From assembly GCA_036172245.1 (NCBI GenBank), contig JAYWIR010000013.1, positions 2,914,001 to 2,978,000 on the forward strand: a DNA stretch of 64,000 nt, in the 5' to 3' direction. This document shows positions 38,532 to 52,498 of this stretch, one piece after another (the first letter of the stretch is position 1; every line of letters begins with the position of its first letter). The translations under genes were made by a program, and so were the position numbers. The notes under the pieces were generated by a model. That model did not search any database. It was not told the DNA's origin and saw only the letters and a program-made list of their open reading frames with translations. Origin of the DNA: Raillietiella orientalis (taxonomy: Eukaryota).

Positions 38532-41500
38532 GTATGGCTTTTGTGCTGCAGGGTCTTGTTTGTGGCGATCACGTATTCACACGGTGATATACCGGGAGCG
38601 TTCCTTAAATCGGCGGGCGTGGGGGGAGGGGGACGGGGGGGGGGGCTGGTAACGCATTCGATCAGTTCGAGACGGAACCTCGTCGAGGTGTGTGTTGTGC
38701 TGTGTGGGAAGTGGCTTTCAGCGTGTTTTCCCCCGAGGAGAAGGTGGTGGTTCATCCTTAGGTTCCCTTAAAAAAAAAAAAAAAAAAAAAAAATCTCAAG
38801 GATACAGTTGCGTTTCCTGCCCCCCCCCCCCATTTCATTTTCCTCCGGCCCATCTCGTGTGGCTCGCCTAGCGTGGCGGCGGACATGTTTCCCGTTTAAC
38901 AATGCGTTTCCTAACAATGTCCTTCCGGTGACGTCCTTCCGAAACAGGTTGCCAGCAGGGGAGGGAAGGAAAAGAAAAAAAAGAAAGGAAAAAAAAAAAA
39001 AAAACAGAAAGAGAGGAGAAAAGAAAATTCCAATCCATCCGGTAGCTACAAAAAATGTTCGTGGGCGTTGCGAGCAGACTGCCTGCTCTCTCGCTTTTGT
39101 CCAGCCGAGGCGCTGTGGCTTAGGTAAACTTCGGGCTTCTCTGCCGGTTGCTGCACGCGTTAGGCCGCACCGTGCCTCCCAGACTTTCCTTTCTCGTTAC
39201 GGTTCCCGCCTTTTGTTTCTCTGTGTCCCCCCCCCTCCCCTTTCCCCCCCTCCTCTCCCCCCGTACGTTCGCTCGCCGTACCGTGGACCTCTGGCGAGCT
39301 CCTGGGCGGAGTGGCTCTCTCGTGGGCAGCGTCCTGCACCGTCCCTCCGCGTTCCTCAAGACCGCGAAAAGAGCTTTCAGGGAATCGTGGTCGGTTGGTT
39401 TGGGGCAGGAAGAAAGCGACCTCTGCGGCCGTGGACCGGATCAGGCGATTCCCGAGGATCCTTCGCCTGTTAGCACGGATACCGACCGTGTGAACATCAA
39501 CTAACCGAAAGATGGAAAACGAGGGTTAAAATGGGATGGAGTGGTTATTCAGGTGGTCGATTCCCTTCCCGGGATGCTTCGAGAGTGGAAATCCGTCCGT
39601 AAAGTTCTGCCAGTCCCCTCCTGCAAGTTTTTTTCATTCGGTTGCTGCTTCCCCAAAAGGTTTCTGCCTGTGTGTGTAAGAAGAGAAGATCTATAAAAAA
39701 AAAAAAAAAAAAAAAATTCGTGGACTACTTGTGTTTTTTCCATTTTTCTTTCTTTCTTTCTTTCTTGCCCCTCATGCTGTCTGCCATTGTGTCAGACGTA
39801 AATGTTTGTTTACCTTTTCTTTTTCCGTAAATATGCTTCGATTTCACAATCTGCAGCGGTTTTCTCATTTCACAATTCGTTGACCACAGATCATTATCCG
39901 TCCACTTGCCCAATTTCTCGCAGGCCAGGTTACGATACAGTGATTCCCGCCCTACGTTGCAACTTAAGTTCGTTGTCTCGTATCACCGGACGACGGTCGG
40001 AAAGCTCCCGGGAATCTGCGTCCCGTAGGGAAAATGGTCTCTCGTGAGCCTCATTTCGGGTGACCACAGCTGTTCTCCCGAATTCCTTGTCGCCTCGCGC
40101 ATTGCAGATCGTTGCCTTCAGCGACGCGGAGTCAGAATGCTGGTCCTCAGAATGCTGCTGCCATCAGCAAGCTGGGAAGTCTGCGAGACGCTCTCCACCT
40201 AGGTGACGTTTCCCTCCGGGCAACGTGCTTCCATCTGATCTGTGCGAAAAACGCGAATTCGCATTTCACCTGCGGGTGCCTACTGTTCGCTTGAAAACCT
40301 CATCCAGGTCGAAGTGACCGATCCGATGAAAAACGGACTAGGCCTTTTCGTGTGCTTTGCCAACTGACCGTGTAACCGTCCTTCTTCTTTGCAAAAGCAG
40401 CTCAGTTCAGATCGTCTGGAACTCGCGCATGCTGCTCGTTCTTCCGCGAGGCCTCTCTCCTCACAAGTCCTGGTTGAGGGCCGCTTGCGTGTCACGTTTG
40501 AGTGCACTGGCTTGGGAGCGATTTGCTATGGAAACGTTCGCCGAAGCCGACACTTGAGATCAGAGCACGTCCTTCGTTCTGTTTGCATAGAGCACACGTA
40601 TTTCTGGAGTTTAGAATTCAGCGGGACGTCAAGCGTCCTCGCTTTCGTTGAGGAATGTGAAGGAGGTGCAGCACTTCTTCCTGGAAGACACAGGGAACAC
40701 TCACCGGACCAGCAGCATGAGTAGGAGGACAACACAAGGAGATTCCGAATGCGCAGATCGGGGGAACCAGGCCAACGTCACCTTCCCAGAAAATCTGGTA
40801 CCTTTGGTGGGCCTTTTGTTTCCTTGGGGACGGTCCAGCGCAGCAGAAGCGCACTGGTCAAGGTGCAGCGTACACCGCGGGCGCCGAAACGGGGAAATTG
40901 CAGTTCAGAATTTCGGGAAAAATTCGAAGATCGGTGTCGAAAGCGCAGTTCATTCAGATTGTGTTCCCGATCGATCGATTGCGTCCACATCCAGCTTCAC
41001 ATGGTGTGCGCCCCGCCCGACACGTTAGAGAGTTTCCTGGACCGTGGTTTTCTCGTCGCGTTTCGCCCATCCAAATCTTCACCCGTTGTGAGGCACTCAT
41101 TCCATCCCCCCCCCTCCCTTCTAGACGAATGTGAGCAGCAGCTCGTCCTGCGTTGTTTGCGATGTCCATGGTTGGCCATGGAGAGAAAGGAGAAAGAAAC
41201 AGCGGTGGTTGCCCAGGGCTTTGAGAGCCTTTTAAGATTGCATCTAATTCCCGATGAGGTGCCGTTCTGGGTGGCGGCGACGGCCGAGGCGACCGGAAGT
41301 GCATCGGCAGGCGTAGTTGAAGCGGTTCTCTTGCAATCCCAGTTCGTGATCGTAGGGCGAGAGCGCGTGCTGATAATTCACATGCATCTCTCGCGATCTC
41401 CGATACCTCTCCGCGTGAGCGCACTTGCTTTCCAGTACGTGGATCCTGGTCTCCTCTCGGTTCCAACCACATGTCCCCCTCGTGGGAACATGTGGTTCCT

Positions 41501-41703
41501 CCCTGTCGAAATCAAAATCCATCTGTTCCGGGAACGCAAAAATTCCTATCATGGGCGTGAGATGGTGTTCTGGACCTATGGGGGAAGGCTGCGGAAAACA
41601 GGCTAGGAATGCATTCGCAGCGGCTCGCAGTGCAAGGCAAGAGTGCTTAAGCAAGCAGACATGGCACAACAGTGAAGCCCCCCCCCCCGCTGCCGAGTGA
41701 AAG

Positions 41704-41735
41704 GCTGCGGGTTCGAGTCCCGACCTGGGTACGTC
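41704..41735 (+). mobile_element. tRNA-derived SINE-like fragment (Pol III B box / T-arm)
   Basis: CGGG-TTCGAGT-CCCG T-arm with a GGTTCGAGTCC B box. No complete cloverleaf or clear A box. Confidence 0.4.
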
Positions 41736-44700
41736 TTACAAAGTCCTGCCTCAAGGAGGGACCACCTTCCATCCTTTGAAGCCTTTGCCAACAACGACAA
41801 AGTTGCGGAGTTGTGGAAAATAATCCTGATCCTTTAAATAAGTGCCGTCAGCAACACAGTCATGGAATGGTGCTGCTGATTGATATTCGCGTCGAGATGC
41901 TTTTTTACGAGAAGCATCATAGGGTGCACGGAAAGAAATGCTGGAAAGGACACGTTTCTGGCCAAGGACACCGAGTCCGTCTTGGCGCAGATGTGTTTTA
42001 CGAGAGATTGTTGGTGTTGTGTACGGGGATCTGCTTAGCAGATGAGGCCTCGGTGTAGCGGGAGTGTAATGTATGGAGGGCATAATTCCTGTGATTCCTG
42101 TGAAGGTCCCCCAAGGTTCATGCTCCCGAGTTTGAGAAGCATGAGATGTTTGAAGGTTTTGGGGTGTGGGTTTGATACCCCATGGATAATTTTTTCCCGT
42201 TAGTCATTGTTGAAAGGAATGGGAGGAGAGAGAGAGGTTTTTGAGCACCTGTGGGATGACGATGCTTGTTGGTGTGAGATATGAGGTGGGGAATCATAAT
42301 GTGGGGATGTTAATTGATGCCAGTGAGGTTTTGAGGGTGCAAGATGATGGGAGGTTGAGCTCCCAGGAACGTTAACAGGTGTTGCGCTCAAGTTAACTTC
42401 ACCAAGACCGCAGCAGTGAGGGGGCTTGTTCTCCTGCAGGGAACATCAAGTGACACTCGGGGGGGGGGGGAGGTGAGTGGCAGTGATATCCCCCCCCCCT
42501 CCTGCTTCCAGGAAACAACGCGATGATGGAACGAGACTTCAGAAGTCCGAGGTTGTTGGTCACCATCGTGCTCGTGCTCGGAACGTGGCAAGTCTGCAGC
42601 GGGAAAACATTCTGAGCGGCGCGATGTTGAACCAGAAGGTCTCGAACCAGGAAGGGCCGCAGGTTTGCGCGCAGAGGGGAAGTGCAGAGTTCTCAGCTCG
42701 TCACGTCAACCGCAGTTTATCGTCCCCGGTTTCTTCTTCTTTCTCCTTGGTGTCTGTGGGTGTTTCGTGTTGCAGAGGTGCACAGGGGAATGTAGTTTTC
42801 CAAGAACAAGAGAAAGTTCGAGTGGCGCTAGGGGAGATGGTGGGGAGGGTGCAGAAACCAGCTTCCCCAGCCGCGTTGTGCGTCGGCGTCTTCACTTTCC
42901 TTTCGACTTCGAGAGACCGTGTCGTTAACAGTGCAACCATAAATGAGGGATACGCATGATTTGGAGCGTAAAGAAAGAGCGCGTGATTGCACAATAGGAT
43001 AGAGAAGGAAAAGTCTTATACCAAAGCGTCTCAGGGGTGGAATCGACAGCCGGGAAGAAACCGAACCCAACGGCATAGTCCCCGATGAAAGTCCTCGATG
43101 CTCGTGCTTCTTTCTGCTCCATGAGCTTCCGGATGGGAACAAATGTTTCCGTCAGATGACGAGTAAAGGATACGAAGAAAAGAACTGCTGGGCCCTGGAG
43201 CTATTGGGTCAGTTGGCAAAGAGGGCGACGCAGTCGTTCGCGTGGTTGAGAACCGGTGAGCAACTCCGTTGCGTGGAGACGGCGCCTCTTCACAGGAGAG
43301 ATCTGCCTTACGAATTCTTTGAATGCGTTGACAGAACTGCCACCCACTGGTCCCTCATGTGTTTGTTCGTCATTGTCCAGTGACTGGTGAACGCGGGATC
43401 TCTCTGGCCCGTCTCTCTCACATTCGGGTGAATGCACAGTGATGTATCTTTTTACACGTAACGTGTCCCGTGACTCTGTTGCCAAACTGCAGAGATATCA
43501 ATCTCCGCAGCTCGGAGAATCGAGCACCCGATGAGAAAGAACAGAAATGCTGAGAATCCCTGAGGATCGATCTGACGAGCCGATCTGGCGAGAGAAGAAT
43601 GTTACGGTCATAGAGAAGGTGAAGGGGACGGCAAGGCTTTTGGCGAACAGGTGCAGCTCGAAGGACAGTGGCTCTCCCTGTCGTTTTTTGTGAACATTAG
43701 TCAGACGGTCAGGGGCGTCTTCATGTCACCAGATGTGCTTGCCTCTTTTTCTCACTACAGATCGGTGATGTTCGACTATAGCAGAAGACCGCCGCTTGCA
43801 TCGCTTCAGAAAAGGATCGTGCATTGGTGAGCGAGCGGATCTAAATGGCCACCGAACGGAAAAGCGGAACTACACGCTGTGCGAGACTGGCAGTGCGTGG
43901 TTCCGTTGGGCAGCTTTGGCGATATAGGGTGAGAGGAAATCGGAAGGTCGCAGAACCGTGGGGGCGATATAGGGAATGTATGTGGTTCGAGTCGAGGACC
44001 AGACCGTTTGGTTTTCGACATCGCTGCAGGATGAGTTGTCTCACCAATCCAGGAGTTGCTGGCCGAAATTCTCTCATCTTTTTTGCCCACCCCACCCCCA
44101 CCCCCACACCCCCTCCGTCTTCTTGAAGGAAAATATTTCGACAGCCGCTGTTGCCCTGAAGAGTGTAAAAAACAAAGCAGCCAACTATGGCAACTTTTGG
44201 AAGCTGCTTCTTCGGTCACCTTCATTGGCTCGCTGACCGAACAGAGCGTCAGTGATTCCTATCTCGAAAATAATTTTCCTTATCGGCTTCCAACCAACTC
44301 GTCTGTAACAGGGAGAGCGGCTGGTCGTCAGGTCGGCGGCCTGGTCTTCCAGTCCCTCTCGTCTGGAATTGAGCATACATCCGGACGTCGAGGGACTTTT
44401 CCACACGTTGTGCTTTGTCTTTGCGAACAGCCGTGACTCTCTGTCCTGACCTTCCACAGATCTCGTGAGGGTCGTCGTTTCACGGACTAGGGTAGGGATG
44501 GGTACCGGGGGACGTACACAATCCTCTGCTTGCGGCCTCCATCCATCACCATCTCGTGGTCTCAGCGATCCGTGCTGTTCTTGAAGGGGAATTCATCGCT
44601 TCATGCCTTTGCTTTGCCCGAGAGGATGACCTAGGGGGAGGAACCAGCAGATGTCTCCGCCTGGCTGGTTTGCTTTTTGTGCCGTAGATGTGAGCTTGCG

Positions 44701-47700
44701 GCCGAGACATAGGCTTACAGCACTGGATCCTCCGCATGGCCGAGTTGGCCCGCCGAGGTCAGTCTCTCGCTCGGCTTGGGTAATACCGGACAAATTCAGG
44801 GATTCCGGGGAACGGCAGGGAGAGAGCGGCCTCAGGATGCTTCTTTTCCTCCTCTTCGTCCGAAAATCTTGAGGGGAGCACGGGGTCCGGTCGCAACAAC
44901 GAGTGAAGGTTTCTGGCGTGGTGCGGTTCTCGTCCTCAACTTCCTATCCTCCGGCAAATCCTTCTTTAAGCGTTTATTCGCTCCTACCGGCAACAGAGAC
45001 GAAGATGTTGCACGTGGTCGTTTGGAATGCACGGCGGGGTCTCTTCCCACGATGGGAAGAGGTCACCTTCTGTTGATCTTTAGCCGGAAAGTAGAAAATG
45101 GATTCTTCCTCTACGGGAAAATCTGGATTTTTCTTCTCGTGTGTCTCTCGAACTGGACCCATGACGCAAAGGTCACCAAGATACAGATTTCTTGCTTTCC
45201 TTTCTCTTTTTATCGGCCTCTAGTTTGATGCTAATCGTCAGATGGGAAAAAAATGGTCCATGATCTCGCGAATCCTCCGAACGAGCCGAAGTGTCGCAAG
45301 AAGCCGAAGTGTCTTTTGCAATGAGAAGTGCTGTGTTATTCGAAGGCCGGACGTTCGTCCGCCTGAGCGTTCTCCGTGAGCGGACGCGGTCCCCACGCAC
45401 ACACCCCAGGGACGCGTACCAGCGGTCCACTTTTGCGCGTTCGTAAGTGATCTCCGGCAAAGCAGCCGGATCGGTGGCGGGCGGAAAGAATGGTTCGCTG
45501 GTCGCACGTCACAGCCCACCTGTTTTTTAACCGTTTTCAAAGGAGGGGAAAAAAGGCAAACAAACAAAAGCAGGTTCTTTCGTTTCCACGAACCAAAGTT
45601 CCTAGCAACCTACTGCTCGGCAGTGCTTCCTCGTTGGCAGGAAACCATCTTCTCCTTCTATCTCACGTATGAACAGTAGTGCTTCAGCGAGGTCTCTCAG
45701 CATCTTGCTTCCTCGGAGAAGAAGCTCATCTGCTGGTCTGTTTGGATTTCCGCAACCCCTAGAGATCGCACAGCGGCGGCGTCTTCAACGCTTCGTCGTC
45801 GCGACCAGTGGTCGCGGTAGCAACCCGATCCACACGGTGGAAGACCGCGTGGCGGGCGATGCGGTGTTTGGCACATCAAAGAGACTGCCCCTCTCTGACC
45901 AGCGTTCCCATCGGGCTTTCCATCTGGAGGTCAAGCACCGTTGTTATTATTTTTCCAAATTGCGGCAGTGGAAGCAGCGGTTGCAGCGCTTCGGTGTTGA
46001 GGATTCGCAATGACGACTCAGTGTTTAAGGAAGCCAATTTAAGGGGGGGGGGGAAGGAGGAGGAGCGACTTCATGGGCCTTTCCCTCCGTTTGTTAGCCG
46101 GAAGGTTATCGTTCTCAAGTGTCCAGCCGAAAGTTCTCTGTTTCGGTTTGTTTTGGAAAGGATAAATGAAAAAGAATTCCACGCAGGAATAGGCAGAAGG
46201 AAAAGATGAAGGATGCTCGTGGAAACGCTGTTACGACCGTGATGCTACTGTAGGGGGCCGCTCTGGGAGGGATCCTTGGACCTTTTGGGGGACCTTCGAG
46301 GTTCTTTCAAAGAAGCAGCTCTGGGCTGCCATCTGCGGAATCGGAGACGTGGTCCGCCCGGTAGGTGTTCAAAGCCGCTGCAGCTTCGGTCGATGGCAAA
46401 GGTTCGGAAGCAGCTCTGGATGAACTCCTGAAGCTGGTCTGAGAGGAGCACGGGGAGCCCTGTTCTCTTCTCCCAGAGTGACGACTGCCGAAGGAAAAAC
46501 GATTCCCCGGGGGCAAACCCAGCAGGATCAGGCAGGGTGGCGGTGGGAAAAACAGTGATTTGGGGAGCGTGGCTTTCAGGAATTCTTTCGGAGTGGGAAA
46601 GATATGTGAGAGGGAAGCTGAAGGCTCCTCGATCCAGGATTCGCGGACAAATTGATGTTCTGCGTTTGCATCCCTGAGGTTCCAAAAGGAAATTTTTCAA
46701 AGTGGATGCACACGTTGGTAGAGACCCCTAACGGTTCCCCACTGCATGCTGTGATTCAGCAGGTCATCAGCTCGCGTTCTGGCATGGCTGTGACGTTCCT
46801 TTTCAACCTGCATTTCGAGAGAGTCAACCTAATAGCGCTCTCTAAGCAACCACAGATCTCAGCGGAACCCCTGCACCGGTTTCTCGATTTACTCGGATCT
46901 GTAACCACGACTTGCTGATTGGGCTGCATCTGTGTGTGTGTGTGCGTGGGTGGGTTCTGTTTCAGTGTGGCATACATCTGCAGCGGTGTTCTGGGGAGGA
47001 AGGGAAGCAGGTTACTGCGCGGTTACGAAAGGTGGGCATCGCAAGCGGTTTTTCGTTCGTGTTTGTTCCAACAGCTAAATTCTCAGAACCGTGTTTTCTC
47101 CTGTGCACCATCGTGCGGTTGCCAGTTAGAAAGGAATCCAAGAAACTTGGCGCTAAAGGTGGGCACCGTGTTCTTTTGCGACTTGACACTATTCCTTTTG
47201 GTATCAAAGCTCCTGCTCATAAGTTTCAGGCAGAATCTGCTGTCTGCACCCTGTGTTCTCAAGAGACTTCATTCTCTCTATTCTGTGTGTGTATGTGTGT
47301 GTGTTTTTACCACGCGTGCGTTTCCATCTTGCCGGTGGTGCGTTGGTGTGCGAGTCGGTGCCAATTGCTCCTATTGCACGTTCATTTCCTTATCGCTGTT
47401 GAGCAACGAGCGCATGCGCAGCGTTTTGCTCACGGTTTCTCCTTTTTGAACGGAGGTGCGTATGCTGCTTTCAGGCGCCAGAGCACGCACAGTCGTGTCC
47501 CTCAGAGGGAAGTTCTTTTTCTTTTTTTGCCCAAAGAGAAGTGGTAAATATGATTAGGAATGTGTTTTCACTCGTTTCGGTGTTTGAAGATGAAGAATGA
47601 TCTCTCGAACCTTATTTTAAATTGGTCTGCCTTAAAGGAGAATCGCCTTGATTGCTAATGAAGCATGCATTTAATTATAAAAGAACGATGCATTCTTTTA

Positions 47701-50700
47701 TCCATATATCGATCATTCTGGAACTCGGTTTCAGTTTCTGATTTTCGTGTTCTCAAGTGCATGTGCAGTAAATTGTGAACGTGTATAAGGCGCGTCAGGC
47801 TAAAGGGATTAAACGGCAATATTTCATTATCTAAATGCTATCTGCAAATAAAAATCAAGTACAGATTTATAATTGTGCTGATGATGACTTATAATGGGTT
47901 TCTTTTGAATGTAATAATCCTAAACATAATACAAATGCGTGCTATGTATTGATATATGGTGTGCAAATGAGTTCATTTCTGGCGTTGCGAATGGCGCGAA
48001 CCGGTGTTAGGGGAGCTGTGCTGTACATACATATATTGTATGTATCCCCTCCCCCCTCCCCCCAAGTGTAGACGGTGGCGCATTCTCGTCTGTCATGAAA
48101 ATGGTCCCAACACGTTGCATGCTTATTTCTGATGACCGTGCCGTGTCGTTTTGTTCGGAGGTGGGTTTTCTGTACACGGAGCATCGGAAGTTTGTTGTGT
48201 GCAAAACCTCTGCACCCAACGGGTGAACTGGTGTTTTCTCATTCCGTGCTGTGTGAAACACCCGCTAGTGCTGCACGTGACCTTTTGGCAAATTTCAACC
48301 CAGGCTGCGGGCTTGGGGTGACACGCCAAGTGGAGTCCATGGCTCGCTGCGAACCTTTCGCTCATGGTGTGTGCCTATGGACGTATACACACATACATGC
48401 ACACGCTATCTTCACAAGCACTTAGGTGTGTTCCCTGAATGTTGTAAGAAGTGAAAGGAGATGGAGATAGGCAAACAAGGAGCTAAATTATAGGTTGATG
48501 TTCGAAAGAACCCAAGAATTCTGAAGCAACAGTTTAAAAAAAGCATAATAAACAGGTGAATTCGATACTCACCAAAAGGGGAAGTAGATCTTAGAGAAGG
48601 CACACACAAGAAGTGTGGTATGTGCAGAGTGAAAGCTTTCACGATCAAAAGCTCCTTTCATTGATCCAAGCTGCGTTCGGTACATATCATCAAGACCCGA
48701 CTTACTGGAAAGCATTCGGGGATAGATCGTACATATCGAGGTGTCACTAAAAAGCCCAGAGAAGTGTCGTTTAATGAGAAGGTGCATACAGTGTAAAATT
48801 TTGTTTCTTTTGAGTTCTGAGTAGATCGGTGATTCGAAGGACAAGGGTTCCTCGTCTTCATCGAACTTGCCCGTCTTGATTTTGCCAACTTGGAAATCAA
48901 TTCTATGTTAGGGCTACTTGCGAACTTTTCCTGGGTTGTTTTTCTTAGCTCTGCACCTCCGGATGACTAATTCAAACGCCAGCAAGTGCAGTTGGTACGT
49001 GGGATAACGCGTTAGGGATGGTATTTTTTTTTTTTTTTTTTCTTTCTGCGCAGCGGAAACTCGAATTTCCTATTTTTGCTGCCGATAAAAACTGCTTATC
49101 ATGTGTACGATCTCGTTTCCTCAGCCGTCGTCGAGCAGGCATTCTCGCAGACTTGATTTGTTCCAGGAAGAACGTGACTTTGCCATTCGGTCAGGAATTC
49201 CTATGCCGGGACTTTCAAAACTGGGTTGTAGAAGGGGGATAGGAATAGAATGTGTCCAGGCTCGACGGAACTGGACGGACGACCGAAGTTTTCGCTCTCT
49301 CGTTTGCCATTGACTCTGTGAGCTGGCAATACTGTCGAGATCTTTATATACGGCTTTGTTTGCATCGCTCCAAAAAGCTGATGGCCGCTCAAAAGTTTAG
49401 ATGCACAATTGCAAAGAGTTCAGGAATTCACTTTACACGTTCCTATGTGCGTGCATCAGATTTTGTTTTTCGTTTTGGCTAAGCAGTTTGTGAGGAGCAC
49501 GGATACAGGAAAAGGGATCGTGCCTTAAAGGACAGGGTTTGTTCCGCAGAGTGTTTCTACTGCCTCTTTTTTCCCATATGATGAGGGAGTCATCGTGGCT
49601 GGATGGATTGCATGATTACCATAGCTCACCGACTTGATTCCTTGTTGTTTCATCCTTCCTGCGAGTGGTTACATCAGTATTTAATCTCGTATTTCGTGTC
49701 TCCGTGATTCAGACAACGATGTTTCCGCATCCCTCACGAAAATCGAGGTGTTTTCTTTGGTGATTTATCGGATCTTCATTTTTCAAACGATTGTTCTTAA
49801 TGCCGGAGAGAGAGAGAGAGAGAATCAGTTGCCGTTGCGATCACGCCTAAATAAGTAAGGTCTTCTTGCATGACGAATTATTTGTATTTTGCGCACATAT
49901 CCCTTTATCTTCAAGGTATGCTTCTTACTTGTGACGAAATCATCTTTTCTAGAAGAATAGAATTTATGGTCGACACGTGTTGTGCCGTCCTCCTGGCAGC
50001 GGCCATCGTCGAGGTGGCTGTTCCCAGGAGCTGCATACCTGTCGGATTCCTTTTTCGCTTTTTGTTAGTCACTACTTGAGAGATCCCGTCCATCGCTTTC
50101 GATTTGTTTCGATGATGCCTCATCGGAGGGTAAAGGTCCCTGTCATTCCTTTTTGCGGCAACGGTCTCGGTTCTTTCCGGATTATATCAACGGGTTTACA
50201 GCGGCTCCGGACGAGTGTTTCATCTCCAAGTTATCGTTCCCTTTATCTCAGTGCTTTGTAAATTTATCGTGGAGGCATGCGGATTGAACTCCTACCTGAA
50301 AAACACATGCATGCACGCACGCACCAACACAGTTAGTTACTCGCTTTAAGTCTCTGTCGTGGAAGTCCTTAAAGTTTGAGGGTTATGTTGGGTATATGGG
50401 TTCACTTTGACCACTTTCCCTTAAAATGTTGAGTATTGGGAGGATTATGGGATGAAATCAGCGCAGCATGCTATGAGGATGTAGCGGTATCACTTTCTGA
50501 CTGTTCTGATCCTGAAGTTTCGTTGATTATTATTTAGGGAGGGGGGGGGGGGACTGCCCTTGTTTCATGTTGCTAGTTCACTTTCCGTTTCTCTATTTCC
50601 CTCTTCTTCATCAACTTGATAGCTTTCCCTTTCATTATGTTCCCACGCTTTTTTTCAGCTGGTAATTAGCAGATTCTTGTTCTCTGGATCTTTCCGTCCT

Positions 50701-52463
50701 GACTCCCAGCTCGTGTTTCCGCTAAGTTGAGCGGCATCCTAAATGAACTTCTCCCAACCGAATCGAAGCTTCTAGGCTTCGCGCCTCCAGATCTTACCCT
50801 AAGACCTCTGGATCCACTTTGCAGTCCAGCCACTCACGTTGCTAGCCGCGTCCAAAACCCTTCACGACCTCCGGTGTTTAGACTCCAGAGTCAGATCTCC
50901 TGGGGCGGAGGCTGGTTTGCAGGGCATCTCGTTTCCAGCGGAAAAATGGACTACTGTTTTGTTTTCTGCTGTGCTTCTCCCATCCGGCCTTAAATACTCA
51001 AGATCGTGGTTGTTACACGTACGAGGTCAGGCCGGGTCCCAGCGAGATCCACCATGTTTTCCTATGTCGAGAGGCTTCCCTGTTCCCGGAATGTTTGTGT
51101 TGCATAGTGTTTCCAGTCGAATAACGGTGGAATAGTTTTCAGTCGGAAAGAGATGATCGAGATAGAAGGCACGAAGGAAGGGAATATTTTGTTCCTTCCT
51201 GAATGGGAGATAAAGCGGCAAAAATTATTATTTAAGGATTGCAAGTCCTTGTTTGCATCTCCAGTGAGCAGATTGCCATGAGGCATTACGTAACGGCGAT
51301 GAGCTTTTGCCTGTCTGCCTCATTCGCAAAAGGCGCTGGCTGTTGGATGACTGTGTAGCTGCGGATCTTTCTCGATCGTTTTCCCAGGGTAGGGAACTTT
51401 CCGGAAGCGGTCTGCATGGCATGCACTTTCCACCACGGCGGAACCGGAGCACCTGGAGGACTTCTCACCAAAAGGGTCGCCCACCTTCGACCCAGTAGTT
51501 TGTCGGGAATTCCGAGTTTCTCGCAGAGGGCGCTACACTTTACAGGCGACCAAGTGAAGGAGAGGACCGGTCTGCCGCCTGCCTTGGGAACGAGCTGCAA
51601 AAGCTAGCGTGCTCTTCGGCGTGCCGCCAAGCACTAGCGCATTCTATCGAGCTGGAATGCCCTCGCCCTTCGGAGCTCATTGCGAAGAGCATGTTTACTT
51701 TTTGGAGAGTCTTTGTTTCCGATGAAACAGCCCAATAACGAGAGTCTGCTTGATTGAAAGTCAAATGAGTTCCCTGTGAGGGAGGAAGTGAATGAGCGCG
51801 TGTTGTTGCACTTTGCCCATCGATTCGACCGGTCACTTCTGAAAATAGCAGATGTTGCGTGCTGACGTTCCCCAGGATGAGGTCAGGAGATTTCGCGAGC
51901 TCGCCGAGGTCCACTTCGTACGCTCGCGTGTGCAAACGGCCTGGATAATTACGTCCTTAATTGGGCAACAGATTTATGCTCGTCTCTTTATATACCGAGT
52001 CCACAGCTGGATCCGGACGGAATATCAGGTGGCAGTCGAGAAGCACTCATGTTTCCTGGAGGCTCCAGCGTGGGTCTTTCGCGTTCTTTTCTCCAACTCT
52101 GATGGTTCCAAGCTGGTTTCAACGATCACAGATCGACTCTTGCATTGCCAAACTGTGCCCATTGAGAAACATCCTCGGCGACAGCACTCTGCGCTCTTTG
52201 AGGTGCAACACCCGGCAAACTGTTCTTGCAAAGACAACCATGGCGGCAGAGCGGAGTGCCGCTGCATATTCTGATGCTTAGGACGCATCGGCTGCGACTC
52301 TTCGGGGAGCTGTGCATCCTCGGTGGAGATTCTTGCCCCGGCAGCGAGTTTTGTCGTTGCTGCCGCCCCTATCTCCGATCAGATCTCCGCTGCGACTCGA
52401 TCCGGATGTCTGGCACGTACCCTGTTCTTCAGCATCTGGTGCCAAGATCTTAAGGCAGTGGAG

Positions 52464-52465
<2 letters not shown>

Positions 52466-52494
<29 letters not shown>
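52466..52494. repeat. (GA)n microsatellite
   Basis: Uninterrupted GA run; similar shorter runs near 49806 and 62602. Confidence 0.85.

Positions 52495-52498
<4 letters not shown>

Noticed and set aside
41700..41740. tRNA gene
   Set aside because: Only a T-arm/B box is present; there is no acceptor, D or anticodon arm.
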